Source: Breznakia sp. PF5-3 (lineage in GTDB: Bacteria; Bacillota_I; Bacilli_A; Erysipelotrichales; Erysipelotrichaceae). From it: a stretch of DNA of 23,612 nucleotides. Below the pieces are notes generated by a model, which saw only the letters and a program-made list of their open reading frames with translations, had not been told where the DNA came from and did no database searches. The position numbers were made by a program, and so were the translations under genes. The DNA lies in contig NZ_JAQFIQ010000035.1 in NCBI RefSeq assembly GCF_029504745.1, positions 1-23,612 of the forward strand, given 5' to 3'. Shown here in pieces: positions 1 to 8,717 of this stretch (position 1 is its first letter; the number at the start of each line of letters is the position of its first letter).

Positions 1-150
1 AATTAAAACTTGCAATGGAAGAATACATTGAATATTATAATACTCAAAGAATAACAAAAACATTAAAAGGACTAACTCCTGTGGAATTCAGGAATCAGTC
101 CTTAACGACTATTTAATTATTGTGTCCAACTAATTGGGTTCACTTCAATC
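1..150 (+). mobile_element. 3' end of an IS3-family insertion sequence, truncated by the window edge; right boundary approximate
   Basis: It contains the C-terminal transposase fragment (3..116). About 30-35 bp of non-coding tail (ttgtgtccaactaattgggttcacttca, ending in CA near 147) precedes the next gene's stop at 175. The protein tail and end sequence differ from the IS at 14174-15409. Confidence 0.55.
3..116 (+). CDS. IS3-family transposase OrfB, C-terminal fragment (5' part outside window)
   Basis: Frame 3 reads LKLAMEEYIEYYNTQRITKTLKGLTPVEFRNQSLTTI* with TAA at 114-116. The YYNxxRxxxxLxxLxPxxF tail is typical of the rve/DDE integrase C-terminus. The same motif, WYNTERIQKGLDYLSPIQY, occurs in the complete IS at 15.3 kb. 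Confidence 0.7.
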   Translation, partial: LKLAMEEYIEYYNTQRITKTLKGLTPVEFRNQSLTTI

Positions 151-174
151 GTACCTGACTTTCTTGTTTGAATA

Positions 175-885
175 TTATGTAATAATACCAAAAGATAATA
201 GTTTAGCTTTTTTTGGCAATGATGTATCATGAGAGAAATGGAATGGTTTTCCCATTTCTTTGCAAGCAAGATAGTAATGACATAAGGCAATTCCCATATC
301 AATATCTGAATGTTTATAAATCAATGAAATGGGTGGTTTCAGCTTTCGCTTATAAACCAAAACCGTATCTTCTAACTTCTCAAAATACCAAGGCTGTGTA
401 TTCATCCCTGAGGGAGCAAAACGTACAGCCTGCATACAGATATCATCAGTTGCATTGGTAATTGTTTCTATTGGCTTTCGTTTAAACTGCTCCTTTGTTC
501 GATGCAGTGGTTCATTTACTTTACCAAAAGCAATTGTGATAATATCGCTTTTGTTGTGAGAAGTTTCAGCATCTTTTGCTTCACCAAGCCAGACGCAACC
601 AATTCCCATAGCATCAAACCATAAAACAAGCTGCTGGAATAAGAATCCTGTACATTCTTTTTCTTTTGCTTTTCCTTGCCCACTGATAATCAAATAATGT
701 GGTGCCTCCACATGATACAGTCCTTTTACTTGATTGGTAAATCGCCATGTTATAGGGATATCAGGTGAAAGAAGTTTGAAACTTTTGATAGCTTGCTCTA
801 TGTTCGCAAGCATATCTTCTTCAAGTGGTTGTAGATTGTATTTACGGCATGATTTGCGTTGTGATATGGATGCGTATAAGTTCAT
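175..885 (-). CDS. Nitroreductase-family (FMN-dependent) oxidoreductase
   Basis: The ORF is 175..924. I chose the internal start MNLYASISQRKSCRKY at 885 because AGGAG lies 6-7 nt upstream (aaaaaaggagctattATG). The N-terminal RxSxRxY motif and the later PSGxNxQPW motif are nitroreductase hallmarks. Confidence 0.8.
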   Translation of the reverse strand: MNLYASISQRKSCRKYNLQPLEEDMLANIEQAIKSFKLLSPDIPITWRFTNQVKGLYHVEAPHYLIISGQGKAKEKECTGFLFQQLVLWFDAMGIGCVWLGEAKDAETSHNKSDIITIAFGKVNEPLHRTKEQFKRKPIETITNATDDICMQAVRFAPSGMNTQPWYFEKLEDTVLVYKRKLKPPISLIYKHSDIDMGIALCHYYLACKEMGKPFHFSHDTSLPKKAKLLSFGIIT

Positions 886-898
886 AATAGCTCCTTTT

Positions 899-1948
899 TT
901 AGATAGTTGTTTCTTGTGCTTCACTCATAGCTTCAGAATCATTTTGGATATTATGAGCAGCTGTATAAGGGATGATGTTATCCATTGCTTTCATAAAAGA
1001 ATTAGATCTTACATTCGCTGTATTTAACCCTTCAGAAAACATTGGGAACAATCCTATGGCAACAGATAAAAAACCAAACCATGTTGTTTCAAATAGGAAA
1101 CCAATGTCAGAGAAGACATTCGTTATACTATCTCCCAAAGAGAAAGCTCCATCAAAATAAAAGTAATATGTTAGAATGATAACAACAAAAACTTGGATGA
1201 ATGACCATACTGAAGCTATAATTGTAGGTACGATACCAGGCTGTCCTCCTAGTAATTTAAATCCATAAAAGGAAGCTATGGGAATTAAGGCATAAAGAAC
1301 TAAGAATTCAGTATCCAAAAATAGAATCGTGAAAATAGATGCAAAAGCACCTACAAAGCCTCCTAATAGTAATCCTAAAATACCACGCAAATTTTTTGCA
1401 CCTGCTTCAGTATCTTTATAATTTTGAATGGTTTGTTCAATTAACTTAGGTTTACATCCACTATGAATGGGAATTAAACTACGATTTTCATCAACATACA
1501 TGGAATCACAATTTGCTTGATTACAAAGTGGACATGTATGTTGGGCATGGATGCCTAAGGTTTTAAATTGAGCGTCAATTTTATTGAGAAGTGTATTTAA
1601 GCGTTCTGTTTCATCCTCATTTCTCTTTGTTCGTATAACAAAATGCAATTGGTTTTCTTTTACAAGTGTTATCGTTACTTTATCTTTTTTTAATGCATCT
1701 TTTAAATTTTTTAAAAGGTTTTGTGGTTTATATTCATTGCTTATTTCTTTTACAACATCATTTGATGGTAAATAAATGGAAAGGACAGGTAGTTTGGTTG
1801 TAATTTCGCCTGTTTTTGTAGTTCCAAAAGATAATGTAGTTGGAAAACCATTCCAAGATTTTGCATATACATTCTTTGATATAGTAGGTGCTTGTACCTC
1901 TTTGTATCCAAGGTTTTGCGCCAATAAACTAAAACTATTCTTATTCAT
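899..1948 (-). CDS. Hypothetical membrane protein: soluble N-terminal domain, Cys cluster (CPLCx4C...GC), then about 5 C-terminal TM helices
   Basis: 349-aa ORF with an RBS (ataGGAGGaacatATG). The hydrophobic C-terminal half includes GILGLLLGGFVGAFASIFTILFL. I recognise no family. It ends 13 nt before the nitroreductase start, so the two are probably co-transcribed. Confidence 0.6.
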   Translation of the reverse strand: MNKNSFSLLAQNLGYKEVQAPTISKNVYAKSWNGFPTTLSFGTTKTGEITTKLPVLSIYLPSNDVVKEISNEYKPQNLLKNLKDALKKDKVTITLVKENQLHFVIRTKRNEDETERLNTLLNKIDAQFKTLGIHAQHTCPLCNQANCDSMYVDENRSLIPIHSGCKPKLIEQTIQNYKDTEAGAKNLRGILGLLLGGFVGAFASIFTILFLDTEFLVLYALIPIASFYGFKLLGGQPGIVPTIIASVWSFIQVFVVIILTYYFYFDGAFSLGDSITNVFSDIGFLFETTWFGFLSVAIGLFPMFSEGLNTANVRSNSFMKAMDNIIPYTAAHNIQNDSEAMSEAQETTI

Positions 1949-2020
1949 ATGTTCCTCCTATAAACTATATACATTATAAAGACAGCAGAAACAGCAAAAA
2001 AGTTTCAAATAAAATAAATT

Positions 2021-2866
2021 TTATTTATCAAATTTTTTTCTTCGCTTTGTTGATTGGGTGAAAAGCATTTTCATTTTATCAATGTTTTCTGTTTGTAATG
2101 TTTCTTTAAAATCACTTAAGGATTCTTGAAATTTTGTTATTTCATCCAATAGTATTTCTTTATTATATAAGAATAGTTCACTCCACATATGTTCGTTGAT
2201 TTTAGCGATTCTAGTAAGATCTCGAAAAGAATCTCCAGTATAATCAACGAGTTTTTCATCATCATGTGTATTCATTAAACTCACAGCGATTACATGTGTA
2301 AGCTGTGATAAGAAACCAATCATTCGATCGTGTTCCTCAATACTTAAAATACTAATGTGATGAAAAGCTAAAATTTCTGCTAATGACCACATTGTATCGA
2401 TAGCATGTTGCGTATTTTTTTCAGTGGGAACGATTATAAAGTTTGCGCTTTTAAACATTTCTGTATTTGCATACTCAATTCCGCTAGTTTCTCTACCAGC
2501 CATAGGGTGTGTTGCGATAAATTCATTTGTTGTATTAGTAAGGATTTCTTGAATGGGTTCTACAATGGTATGTTTTACACCACTTACATCACTGATGATA
2601 GCAGAAGGTTTAAAAAACTTTTTATTATCTTCTATCCATTTTATTAAAATCGATGGATATAAACAACAGATGATAATATCTGCTTTTGCAACAAGAGCAG
2701 GGTCAATGGATCCTTCATCAATGTAATTATGTTCTAATGCATAAGTGATGGTTTCCTCACGACGGGCAACCCCATAAACATGATACCCTGCTTCCTTTAG
2801 TCCCTTTGCATAACTTCCTCCCAATAATCCTAAGCCAACGATTGCAAAGGTTGTATCTTTATTCAT
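2021..2866 (-). CDS. tyrA: Prephenate dehydrogenase
   Basis: N-terminal Rossmann motif IVGLGLLGGSYAKGL, followed by HPMAG and a PDH-type C-terminal domain. It is the last gene of the aro operon and overlaps the aroA stop by 8 nt. GGAG lies 8 nt upstream. Confidence 0.9.
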   Translation of the reverse strand: MNKDTTFAIVGLGLLGGSYAKGLKEAGYHVYGVARREETITYALEHNYIDEGSIDPALVAKADIIICCLYPSILIKWIEDNKKFFKPSAIISDVSGVKHTIVEPIQEILTNTTNEFIATHPMAGRETSGIEYANTEMFKSANFIIVPTEKNTQHAIDTMWSLAEILAFHHISILSIEEHDRMIGFLSQLTHVIAVSLMNTHDDEKLVDYTGDSFRDLTRIAKINEHMWSELFLYNKEILLDEITKFQESLSDFKETLQTENIDKMKMLFTQSTKRRKKFDK

Positions 2867-4130
2867 GATGAAGCTCCGTTATAATACCAATGGTTTTTAA
2901 ATCATCATAAAAGGCAGGGTAAGATTTATTTACATATTCTGCGTTTGTAATGGTGATTGGCTTATCCATGATAGTAGCAGCAATAACAAGTGACATCACG
3001 ATACGATGATCTTTGTGTCCTGATAAGATTTCATCACATGCGTAGGGAGGGTTTCCATTGATGATGATTTCATCGTCGCTAGCTTTTATATCGACACCGC
3101 ATTTTTTTAATTCACTTTCCATTGATTTGCTACGATCACTTTCTTTGATTCGTAAACGTTCGGTATTATAAAGTTTAGAAGTTCCTTTTGTATTCATCAT
3201 GAGAATAGTTAGGATTGGACCAAGGTCAGGACAGTTTTGTAAATCGATATCACTTGGATGAAGGGACATCTTTTTTATGCGGTATCCATCATTGATTGTT
3301 TTCACGTCAGTACCAAAAGCTTTTACAATATCAATAATTTGCTTATCTCCTTGTTTGCTATTATGTGTGATACCAATTAAATCTAAATCGTTGTTGATAC
3401 AAGCTAAAACGGCATAGAATCCAGCTTGTGAATAATCTCCTTCGATTGTATAATCATAAGATTTGTAAGTTTGATTACCATTTATTTGTAAGGTATTTGA
3501 ATCTTTATACGTTGCTTCAATTCCATAAAGATTTAACATTTCTAATGTAAGATCTACATAGCTTCTTGATTCATATGGTTCTTTGATATGAATGGTAGAA
3601 TCTCCATCAAGTAAAGGTAATGCAAAAAGTAAACCAGAAATAAATTGAGAAGATACATTACCGTCTAATTCATAAGTTCCAGGTTGAAGCTTTCCACCGA
3701 TTTCAATTTTGTTTTCATCTTGATAATATGAAATTCCTTGGTTATGAAAGATATCTTCATAAATAGTTTGTGGACGTTTTAAAAGACGATTTTCTCCAGT
3801 GAAAGAAACTGGTGTATCGCATAATGAAAAAATGGGAATAAAGAAACGTAAAGTTGAACCACTTTCTTTGCAAAATATTTCCTTTGTTTTTAAATGATTA
3901 AAACCTTTTATTCCTTGTACAACAATAGAATCTTGTTTGGTTTCAATCGTTGCTCCTAATTTGCGCATACCATCAATGGTTACTTTAATATCATCACTGT
4001 AAGCTATGTTAGAGATAGTGCTTTTTCCATCCGCTAAAGCAGCACAGATGATAGCTCTGTGTGACATACTTTTAGATGGTGGAATGTGAATTGCACCATG
4101 GCAGGATGAAGGTTGAACAGAGACCTTCAT
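2859..4130 (-). CDS. aroA: 3-phosphoshikimate 1-carboxyvinyltransferase (EPSP synthase)
   Basis: 423 aa with EPSPS motifs: PPSKSMSHRAI near the N-terminus, LKRPQ, KESDR and HKDHRIVMS. Its start overlaps the upstream stop by 1 nt (TAATG). Confidence 0.95.
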   Translation of the reverse strand: MKVSVQPSSCHGAIHIPPSKSMSHRAIICAALADGKSTISNIAYSDDIKVTIDGMRKLGATIETKQDSIVVQGIKGFNHLKTKEIFCKESGSTLRFFIPIFSLCDTPVSFTGENRLLKRPQTIYEDIFHNQGISYYQDENKIEIGGKLQPGTYELDGNVSSQFISGLLFALPLLDGDSTIHIKEPYESRSYVDLTLEMLNLYGIEATYKDSNTLQINGNQTYKSYDYTIEGDYSQAGFYAVLACINNDLDLIGITHNSKQGDKQIIDIVKAFGTDVKTINDGYRIKKMSLHPSDIDLQNCPDLGPILTILMMNTKGTSKLYNTERLRIKESDRSKSMESELKKCGVDIKASDDEIIINGNPPYACDEILSGHKDHRIVMSLVIAATIMDKPITITNAEYVNKSYPAFYDDLKTIGIITELHHE

Positions 4131-5149
4131 TAGATATCTCTCCCAACGACTTTAGCAATCTCACGAGCCTTATCAATCAATGCCTTGAATTTCTTTGGTT
4201 TTAAGCATTGTGCTCCATCCGATAGAGCACACTCAGGATTATCATGTACTTCGATAATAAGTCCATCACAACCTGCAGCAACCGCTGCTAAAGAAGCAGA
4301 TTCAACTAATTTCCAAGCTCCTGTTGCATGAGATGGATCAATTACGATTGGCAAATGAGTTTTTTCTTTGATGATTGGAATAACACTTAAATCAAGAGTA
4401 TTTCTTGTTTCTGATTCAAATGTACGAATTCCACGTTCACAAAGAATAACATTTTCATTTCCACTTGCCATGATGTATTCTGCACTCATAATCCATTCAT
4501 CAATGGTGTTCGAAAAGCCTCGTTTTAATAAAATTGGCTTGGTTGTTCTTTTTCCTAATTCTTTTAATAGTTCAAAGTTTTGCATATTACGAGCACCAAT
4601 TTGAATAATATCTATATATTTTTCAAATTCATCAATTTTATCGGCACTCATAAGCTCAGAAACAATCGGTAAGCCAGTTTTTTCTCTTGCTTCTACCATT
4701 GCCATGATTCCTTCTGTTTGCATCCCTTGGAATGCGTATGGGCTTGTCCTAGGTTTATATGCTCCTCCACGTAACATAACCCCACCAGCTGCTTTTACTT
4801 CTTCAGCTAAATGAATCACCATATCCTTATTTTCGACAGAACAAGGTCCACCAATGATAACGATATTTTCTTTTCCACCCAATTTGATACCATTTACATC
4901 AATCACCGTATCTTCTGGGTGCATCAAACGATTCGCTAATTTGTATTTTGCAGCAATTCGTGTAACGTTTTCAACGCATTCATTAGCCTGAATCGCTTTT
5001 TCATCAATTGCAGAAGTGTCTCCAGTTAATCCATATACATCAAAATTAGAACCTTGAATTTCAAAAGCAGTTACACCTTTCTTTTCTAAATTTTTAATTA
5101 AGTTTTTTACATCTTGTTTATTTGCATTCTTTTTTATAGTAATAATCAT
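4130..5149 (-). CDS. aroF: 3-deoxy-7-phosphoheptulonate (DAHP) synthase, type I-beta, with an N-terminal ferredoxin-like regulatory domain
   Basis: The ORF extends to 5290, but I take the start at 5149 (MIITIKKNANKQDV) because of GGGAGG 8 nt upstream and the aroE::aroK stop at 5163. The core has the KPRTSPYAFQG and GARNMQNF motifs. The N-terminal ~70 aa resembles the Thermotoga-type FL/ACT-like domain. Confidence 0.9.
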   Translation of the reverse strand: MIITIKKNANKQDVKNLIKNLEKKGVTAFEIQGSNFDVYGLTGDTSAIDEKAIQANECVENVTRIAAKYKLANRLMHPEDTVIDVNGIKLGGKENIVIIGGPCSVENKDMVIHLAEEVKAAGGVMLRGGAYKPRTSPYAFQGMQTEGIMAMVEAREKTGLPIVSELMSADKIDEFEKYIDIIQIGARNMQNFELLKELGKRTTKPILLKRGFSNTIDEWIMSAEYIMASGNENVILCERGIRTFESETRNTLDLSVIPIIKEKTHLPIVIDPSHATGAWKLVESASLAAVAAGCDGLIIEVHDNPECALSDGAQCLKPKKFKALIDKAREIAKVVGRDI

Positions 5150-5162
5150 TTTAGTTTCCTCC

Positions 5163-6425
5163 CTACGAATTAAGAATTGTGATATTTTCTTTGTATATCT
5201 CACTAGCTTCCTTAACGGCAAGCTCGATGGACTTATTGTTTTCGACATACAGCTCTCGTGAGCTACGATAAAGACAGTCCCTCTCTTCAAATAATTTAAG
5301 AATATCCTCTTTGGTTGAACTCAATGGTCTAGTATGATCGCTAATAAGGTTTTCTAAATCACGATGTACATACATAATCAAACCATTATGTTTTAAATTG
5401 AAGATATTTTCAGGGTTTTTCACAATCCCCCCACCACAAGATATGACAGCATTGTTTTCACTAGCTATTTCCTTGCATACTTCACTTTCGATTTTACGAA
5501 AAGCTTCTTCACCAAAAGCTTTAAAGTAATCAGCAATACTCATATCGATTCGTTTCACAATTTCATTATCGATATCAATAAATTTTTTATTCAATTTTTC
5601 ACTCAGTTCTTTACCAAGTGTACTTTTTCCACAACTTGGCATCCCAATCAATACCAAATTACTTGTTTCCAATAAAAGCTCTCTGTAGATGCGATCAATC
5701 TCTGCATCATCAATAGTAATATCTTTAAATAATTCTAGTGCATATTTTGCTTGTGCCACTAACATTTCCAATCCACTGATTCCTTTGATTCCCAATTGTT
5801 GAGCAATTAAAACAAACTCGGTACGTAATGGGTTATAAATAGCATCAATGCAAGCTGTACAATTTTTAAATTTTGTAATATCTACACTTACACCATTGAT
5901 GTTAGGATACATTCCAATTGGTGTTGTATTAATAATAACTTCACAATCAAGATGCTTTTCATATACTTCATTTAATGAAATAACATTGTCATCAGGAACA
6001 ATATCGACAACAATCATAGTCTTAGCTTTTTCACTATCCACAACAGCTTGAATTGCTTGTGATGCTCCACCATTGCCCATCACAAGAACTTTTTTATCTT
6101 GTAATGAGATGCCATGCTTTTTAAGTGTGTATAAAAAACCTAAGTAATCGGTATTGTATCCAACAAGTTTTCCACCTCTATTTACAATGGTATTTACAGC
6201 ATTGATCTTTTTAGCGACATCATCAATTTCATCTAAATATGGAATAACATCTTGTTTATATGGAATAGTTACATTAATAGCAGCAAAAGCTTTTGCTTTC
6301 ATGAAAGCATCCAGTTGTTCTTTTGCTAATGGATGTAATTCATATTCATAATTATCAACCAATTGTTCATGTATAAGCTTTGAGTAACTATGTCCTAAAT
6401 GTTCTCCAATTAATCCGTATTTCAT
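5163..6425 (-). CDS. aroE: Bifunctional shikimate dehydrogenase / shikimate kinase (AroE-AroK fusion)
   Basis: The start MKYGLIGEHLGHSYS at 6425 has a GGGAGA RBS; the ORF's upstream ATG at 6452 lies inside aroC. The N-terminal ~260 aa is AroE-like (SYSKLIH, NVTIPYK, GYNTD, GNGGAS). The C-terminal ~160 aa is AroK-like, with Walker A GMPSCGKST encoded around 5620-5646 and the motif ISCGGG. Confidence 0.9.
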   Translation of the reverse strand: MKYGLIGEHLGHSYSKLIHEQLVDNYEYELHPLAKEQLDAFMKAKAFAAINVTIPYKQDVIPYLDEIDDVAKKINAVNTIVNRGGKLVGYNTDYLGFLYTLKKHGISLQDKKVLVMGNGGASQAIQAVVDSEKAKTMIVVDIVPDDNVISLNEVYEKHLDCEVIINTTPIGMYPNINGVSVDITKFKNCTACIDAIYNPLRTEFVLIAQQLGIKGISGLEMLVAQAKYALELFKDITIDDAEIDRIYRELLLETSNLVLIGMPSCGKSTLGKELSEKLNKKFIDIDNEIVKRIDMSIADYFKAFGEEAFRKIESEVCKEIASENNAVISCGGGIVKNPENIFNLKHNGLIMYVHRDLENLISDHTRPLSSTKEDILKLFEERDCLYRSSRELYVENNKSIELAVKEASEIYKENITILNS

Positions 6426-6426
6426 A

Positions 6427-7530
6427 TTATTCTCCCATCCATAAGTATCCAAATCGTTGGGTTAATAAATCCAATAATCCAATTGCAATCACACTATCAA
6501 TAACAACTCTAGCACGATGAACAATAGCAGGATCATGACGACCTTCAATTTGTAATACTGTATTTTCTTTTGTTTTATAATTGACTGTTTCTTGTTTTTT
6601 ATAAATGGATGGAGTCGGTTTAATTACCGTTTTAATGATAATTGGCATACCATTGCTGATTCCACCATTGATTCCACCATTGTTATTTGTTTTTGTTTTT
6701 ATATTATTATCCTTCATTATGAAGGCATCATTTACTTCACTACCAACATGGTTTGCAAATGCGAATCCTAATCCAAATTCAACACCTTTGACGGCAGGAA
6801 CACTGAAGATTAAGCTTGATAATACACTTTCAATAGAGTGAAAGAAAGGTTCCCCAATACCTGCGGGTAAATTGACAATTGCGCTTTCAATAACCCCACC
6901 AACACTGTCTCCTTCAATTGCATATGCTTCAATTTTTTCTTTCATTTTATGTTCAATATCTTGATTGATTGTAGGAAAGTGTTTTTTGTTTAAGTTTTGT
7001 ATTTGCTTAATTAAATCAAGTTCTTCACTTGCGAAAGCGTCATCTTCTATATCGAGCACACTGGCTAAATGTGATCCAATAAAAATGCCTTTGCTTTGTA
7101 GGATTTGATTACAAATACTACCAACAGCAACAAGTGGTGCGCTGAGTCTACCAGAGAAGTGTCCTCCGCCTCGATAATCTTGATAGCCAAGATACTTTAG
7201 GTTAGCAGTATAATCTGCATGAGATGGACGCATAAGGTCTTTGCTCTTACGATAGTCTTTGCTTTGTGTATTATTATTTTCCATTAAGATACATAATGGT
7301 GTTCCGGTTGTATGATTATCAAAATAGCCACTTACAATATTGATTTCATCACTTTCTTTACGTTGTGTAGAAATACGACCTTTAGGTTTGCGTAAATCTA
7401 GTTGGTGATTGATATAATCAAAATCCAATGTAATTCCTGGACATAAACCATCAATCATTGCCCCAATAGCTTTTCCATGTGATTCACCAAAGATTGTTAT
7501 TGATATAGCTTCTCCAATTGTACTTTTCAT
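6427..7530 (-). CDS. aroC: Chorismate synthase
   Basis: 367 aa with the motifs GESHG, RPSHAD, GGGHFSGR and GGINGGISNG. Its start overlaps the aroB stop (ATGA). Confidence 0.95.
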   Translation of the reverse strand: MKSTIGEAISITIFGESHGKAIGAMIDGLCPGITLDFDYINHQLDLRKPKGRISTQRKESDEINIVSGYFDNHTTGTPLCILMENNNTQSKDYRKSKDLMRPSHADYTANLKYLGYQDYRGGGHFSGRLSAPLVAVGSICNQILQSKGIFIGSHLASVLDIEDDAFASEELDLIKQIQNLNKKHFPTINQDIEHKMKEKIEAYAIEGDSVGGVIESAIVNLPAGIGEPFFHSIESVLSSLIFSVPAVKGVEFGLGFAFANHVGSEVNDAFIMKDNNIKTKTNNNGGINGGISNGMPIIIKTVIKPTPSIYKKQETVNYKTKENTVLQIEGRHDPAIVHRARVVIDSVIAIGLLDLLTQRFGYLWMGE

Positions 7531-8540
7531 ATTGAACCTCTTTCTAAGATATCTTTAATCTGTTCAAGTTTTATATCTTCAATATATGCATTTCCTGCTG
7601 TTTTTACTTTTACAATACTAATCATGTCATCATGAGCTTTTTTATCAAGTGCGATGATATCAAAGACATGATCATTATCAAGCTTTGCTTGATATGGTAC
7701 ATGCATTTGTTTTAAGATTTGGATAACTTCTTGTCTTAAATTATCATCTTCAATAAAATACAACATTCCCATAGCAACACATTCACCATGGTAATATGTT
7801 TCTAAATTATAATAAGCTTCAATACCATGTCCAATGGTGTGTCCAAAATTTAGGGTTTTACGAAGACCTGCTTCTTTTTCATCGTTTTCGACAACCCACT
7901 TTTTCATACATAATGATTTGTATATGATGTCTTCAAGATGCTTACGATAATCTTTCATTTTAAATATTTCAAATAAGGATGCATCATGAATCAATCCAGC
8001 CTTTAATGCTTCTACAAGCCCACTTACAATATGGCGTTCAGGCAATGTAGATAATGTATCAAGATCAATAAATACTTTATCTGGGTGATAAAAAGCACCA
8101 ACGATGTTTTTCACATGTCCAAGGTTAATTGCAACCTTTCCTCCAATACTGCTATCGATTTGTGAAAGGGTTGTTGTTGGAATACTAATAAAAGATATTC
8201 CACGCATATAACTAGCAGCAACAAAGCCTCCTAAGTCACCAATTACACCACCACCTAAAGCAATTAAGGTATCTTTACGACTCATGTGATAATCCAAACA
8301 AGCTTGGCAAACTTCTTCAAATGTTTTCATACTTTTGCTTTCTTCACCAGCATTAACTTTATAAACCATGCTGTTTGGACATTGTTTTTTTACAATATCA
8401 ATCCACTTTTGTGGAATGTTTTTATCTGTAAGGATAAAATATTTTTTCTGTGGATCAATAAATTCAGATAGTTTATTAATGATTCCTCGTTCCATTAAAA
8501 TATCATATTTTTTATGTTTTACATCTACTTCTAGTTTCAT
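7527..8540 (-). CDS. aroB: 3-dehydroquinate synthase
   Basis: 337 aa with the motifs GGGVIGDLGGF, PTTLLSQIDSSIGGK-like (PTTTLSQIDSSIGGK) and HGECVAMG. It is the first gene of the operon, with an RBS GGGGG 6 nt upstream. Confidence 0.95.
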   Translation of the reverse strand: MKLEVDVKHKKYDILMERGIINKLSEFIDPQKKYFILTDKNIPQKWIDIVKKQCPNSMVYKVNAGEESKSMKTFEEVCQACLDYHMSRKDTLIALGGGVIGDLGGFVAASYMRGISFISIPTTTLSQIDSSIGGKVAINLGHVKNIVGAFYHPDKVFIDLDTLSTLPERHIVSGLVEALKAGLIHDASLFEIFKMKDYRKHLEDIIYKSLCMKKWVVENDEKEAGLRKTLNFGHTIGHGIEAYYNLETYYHGECVAMGMLYFIEDDNLRQEVIQILKQMHVPYQAKLDNDHVFDIIALDKKAHDDMISIVKVKTAGNAYIEDIKLEQIKDILERGSI

Positions 8541-8558
8541 AAGTATCCCCCTATTAAT

Positions 8559-8586
8559 AAAAAAAGCACCAACGTAAGTTTGTGCT
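8559..8586 (-). terminator. Intrinsic terminator inside the aro operon 5' leader (attenuator terminator)
   Basis: The minus strand reads AGCACAAAC-UUAC-GUUGGUGCU: a 9-bp stem with one A/G mismatch and a 4-nt loop, followed by U6 (7 T in total). It ends 18 nt before the aroB ATG, so it lies upstream of the genes it would control. Confidence 0.65.
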
Positions 8587-8597
8587 ATATGTTTATT

Positions 8598-8645
8598 CCC
8601 AAATCAAATATTAAATAACCAATACAAGGTATTAGTTGATTTGGG
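8598..8645 (-). promoter_or_regulatory. Long imperfect leader hairpin between the leader ORF and the attenuator terminator
   Basis: Perfect 10-bp basal arms, CCCAAATCAA (8598-8607) and TTGATTTGGG (8636-8645). There is extra internal pairing (AATACC/GGTTATT). On the minus strand the 5' arm begins 1 nt after the leader-ORF stop codon. Confidence 0.5.
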
Positions 8646-8646
8646 A

Positions 8647-8682
8647 CTATTTAAAATAAAAATAAAATGTATTAATTATCAT
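8647..8682 (-). CDS. Candidate aro leader peptide MIINTFYFYFK (11 aa)
   Basis: The minus strand reads ATG ATA ATT AAT ACA TTT TAT TTT TAT TTT AAA TAG. Five consecutive Phe/Tyr codons sit upstream of a hairpin plus terminator in front of aroB. There is no SD, and the ATG lies 6 nt after a candidate -10, so translation would be leaderless. Chance occurrence in AT-rich DNA is possible. Confidence 0.45.
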   Translation of the reverse strand: MIINTFYFYFK

Positions 8683-8688
8683 GTGTAT

Positions 8689-8717
8689 ATAATAATATAG
8701 ATTAAAACGAGATGCAA
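8689..8717 (-). promoter_or_regulatory. Candidate sigma-A promoter of the aro operon
   Basis: The minus strand has TTGCAT (8717-8712), a 17-bp spacer and TATTAT (8694-8689). The predicted TSS is at or next to the leader-ORF ATG (8682). Other AT-rich hexamers nearby make this assignment tentative. Confidence 0.4.

Noticed and set aside
1949-2020. A terminator between tyrA and the downstream membrane-protein gene
   Set aside because: Only AT-only palindromes (AAATAAATTTTATTT) are present. There is no GC-containing stem followed by a U-tract, so I do not call a terminator here.
5150-5290. A 47-codon N-terminal extension of the DAHP synthase ORF (MKRGTVFIVAHESC…) that overlaps the 3' end of aroE::aroK
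   Set aside because: The extension lies inside the upstream gene, has no RBS and is not DAHP synthase-like. The internal ATG at 5149 has a strong GGGAGG RBS and starts the recognisable regulatory domain.
6659-6682. A 12-bp tandem duplication, attccaccattg x2, inside aroC
   Set aside because: On the coding strand it encodes the conserved glycine-rich NGGINGGI segment of chorismate synthase. It is a coding-sequence feature, not a structural repeat or slippage scar.
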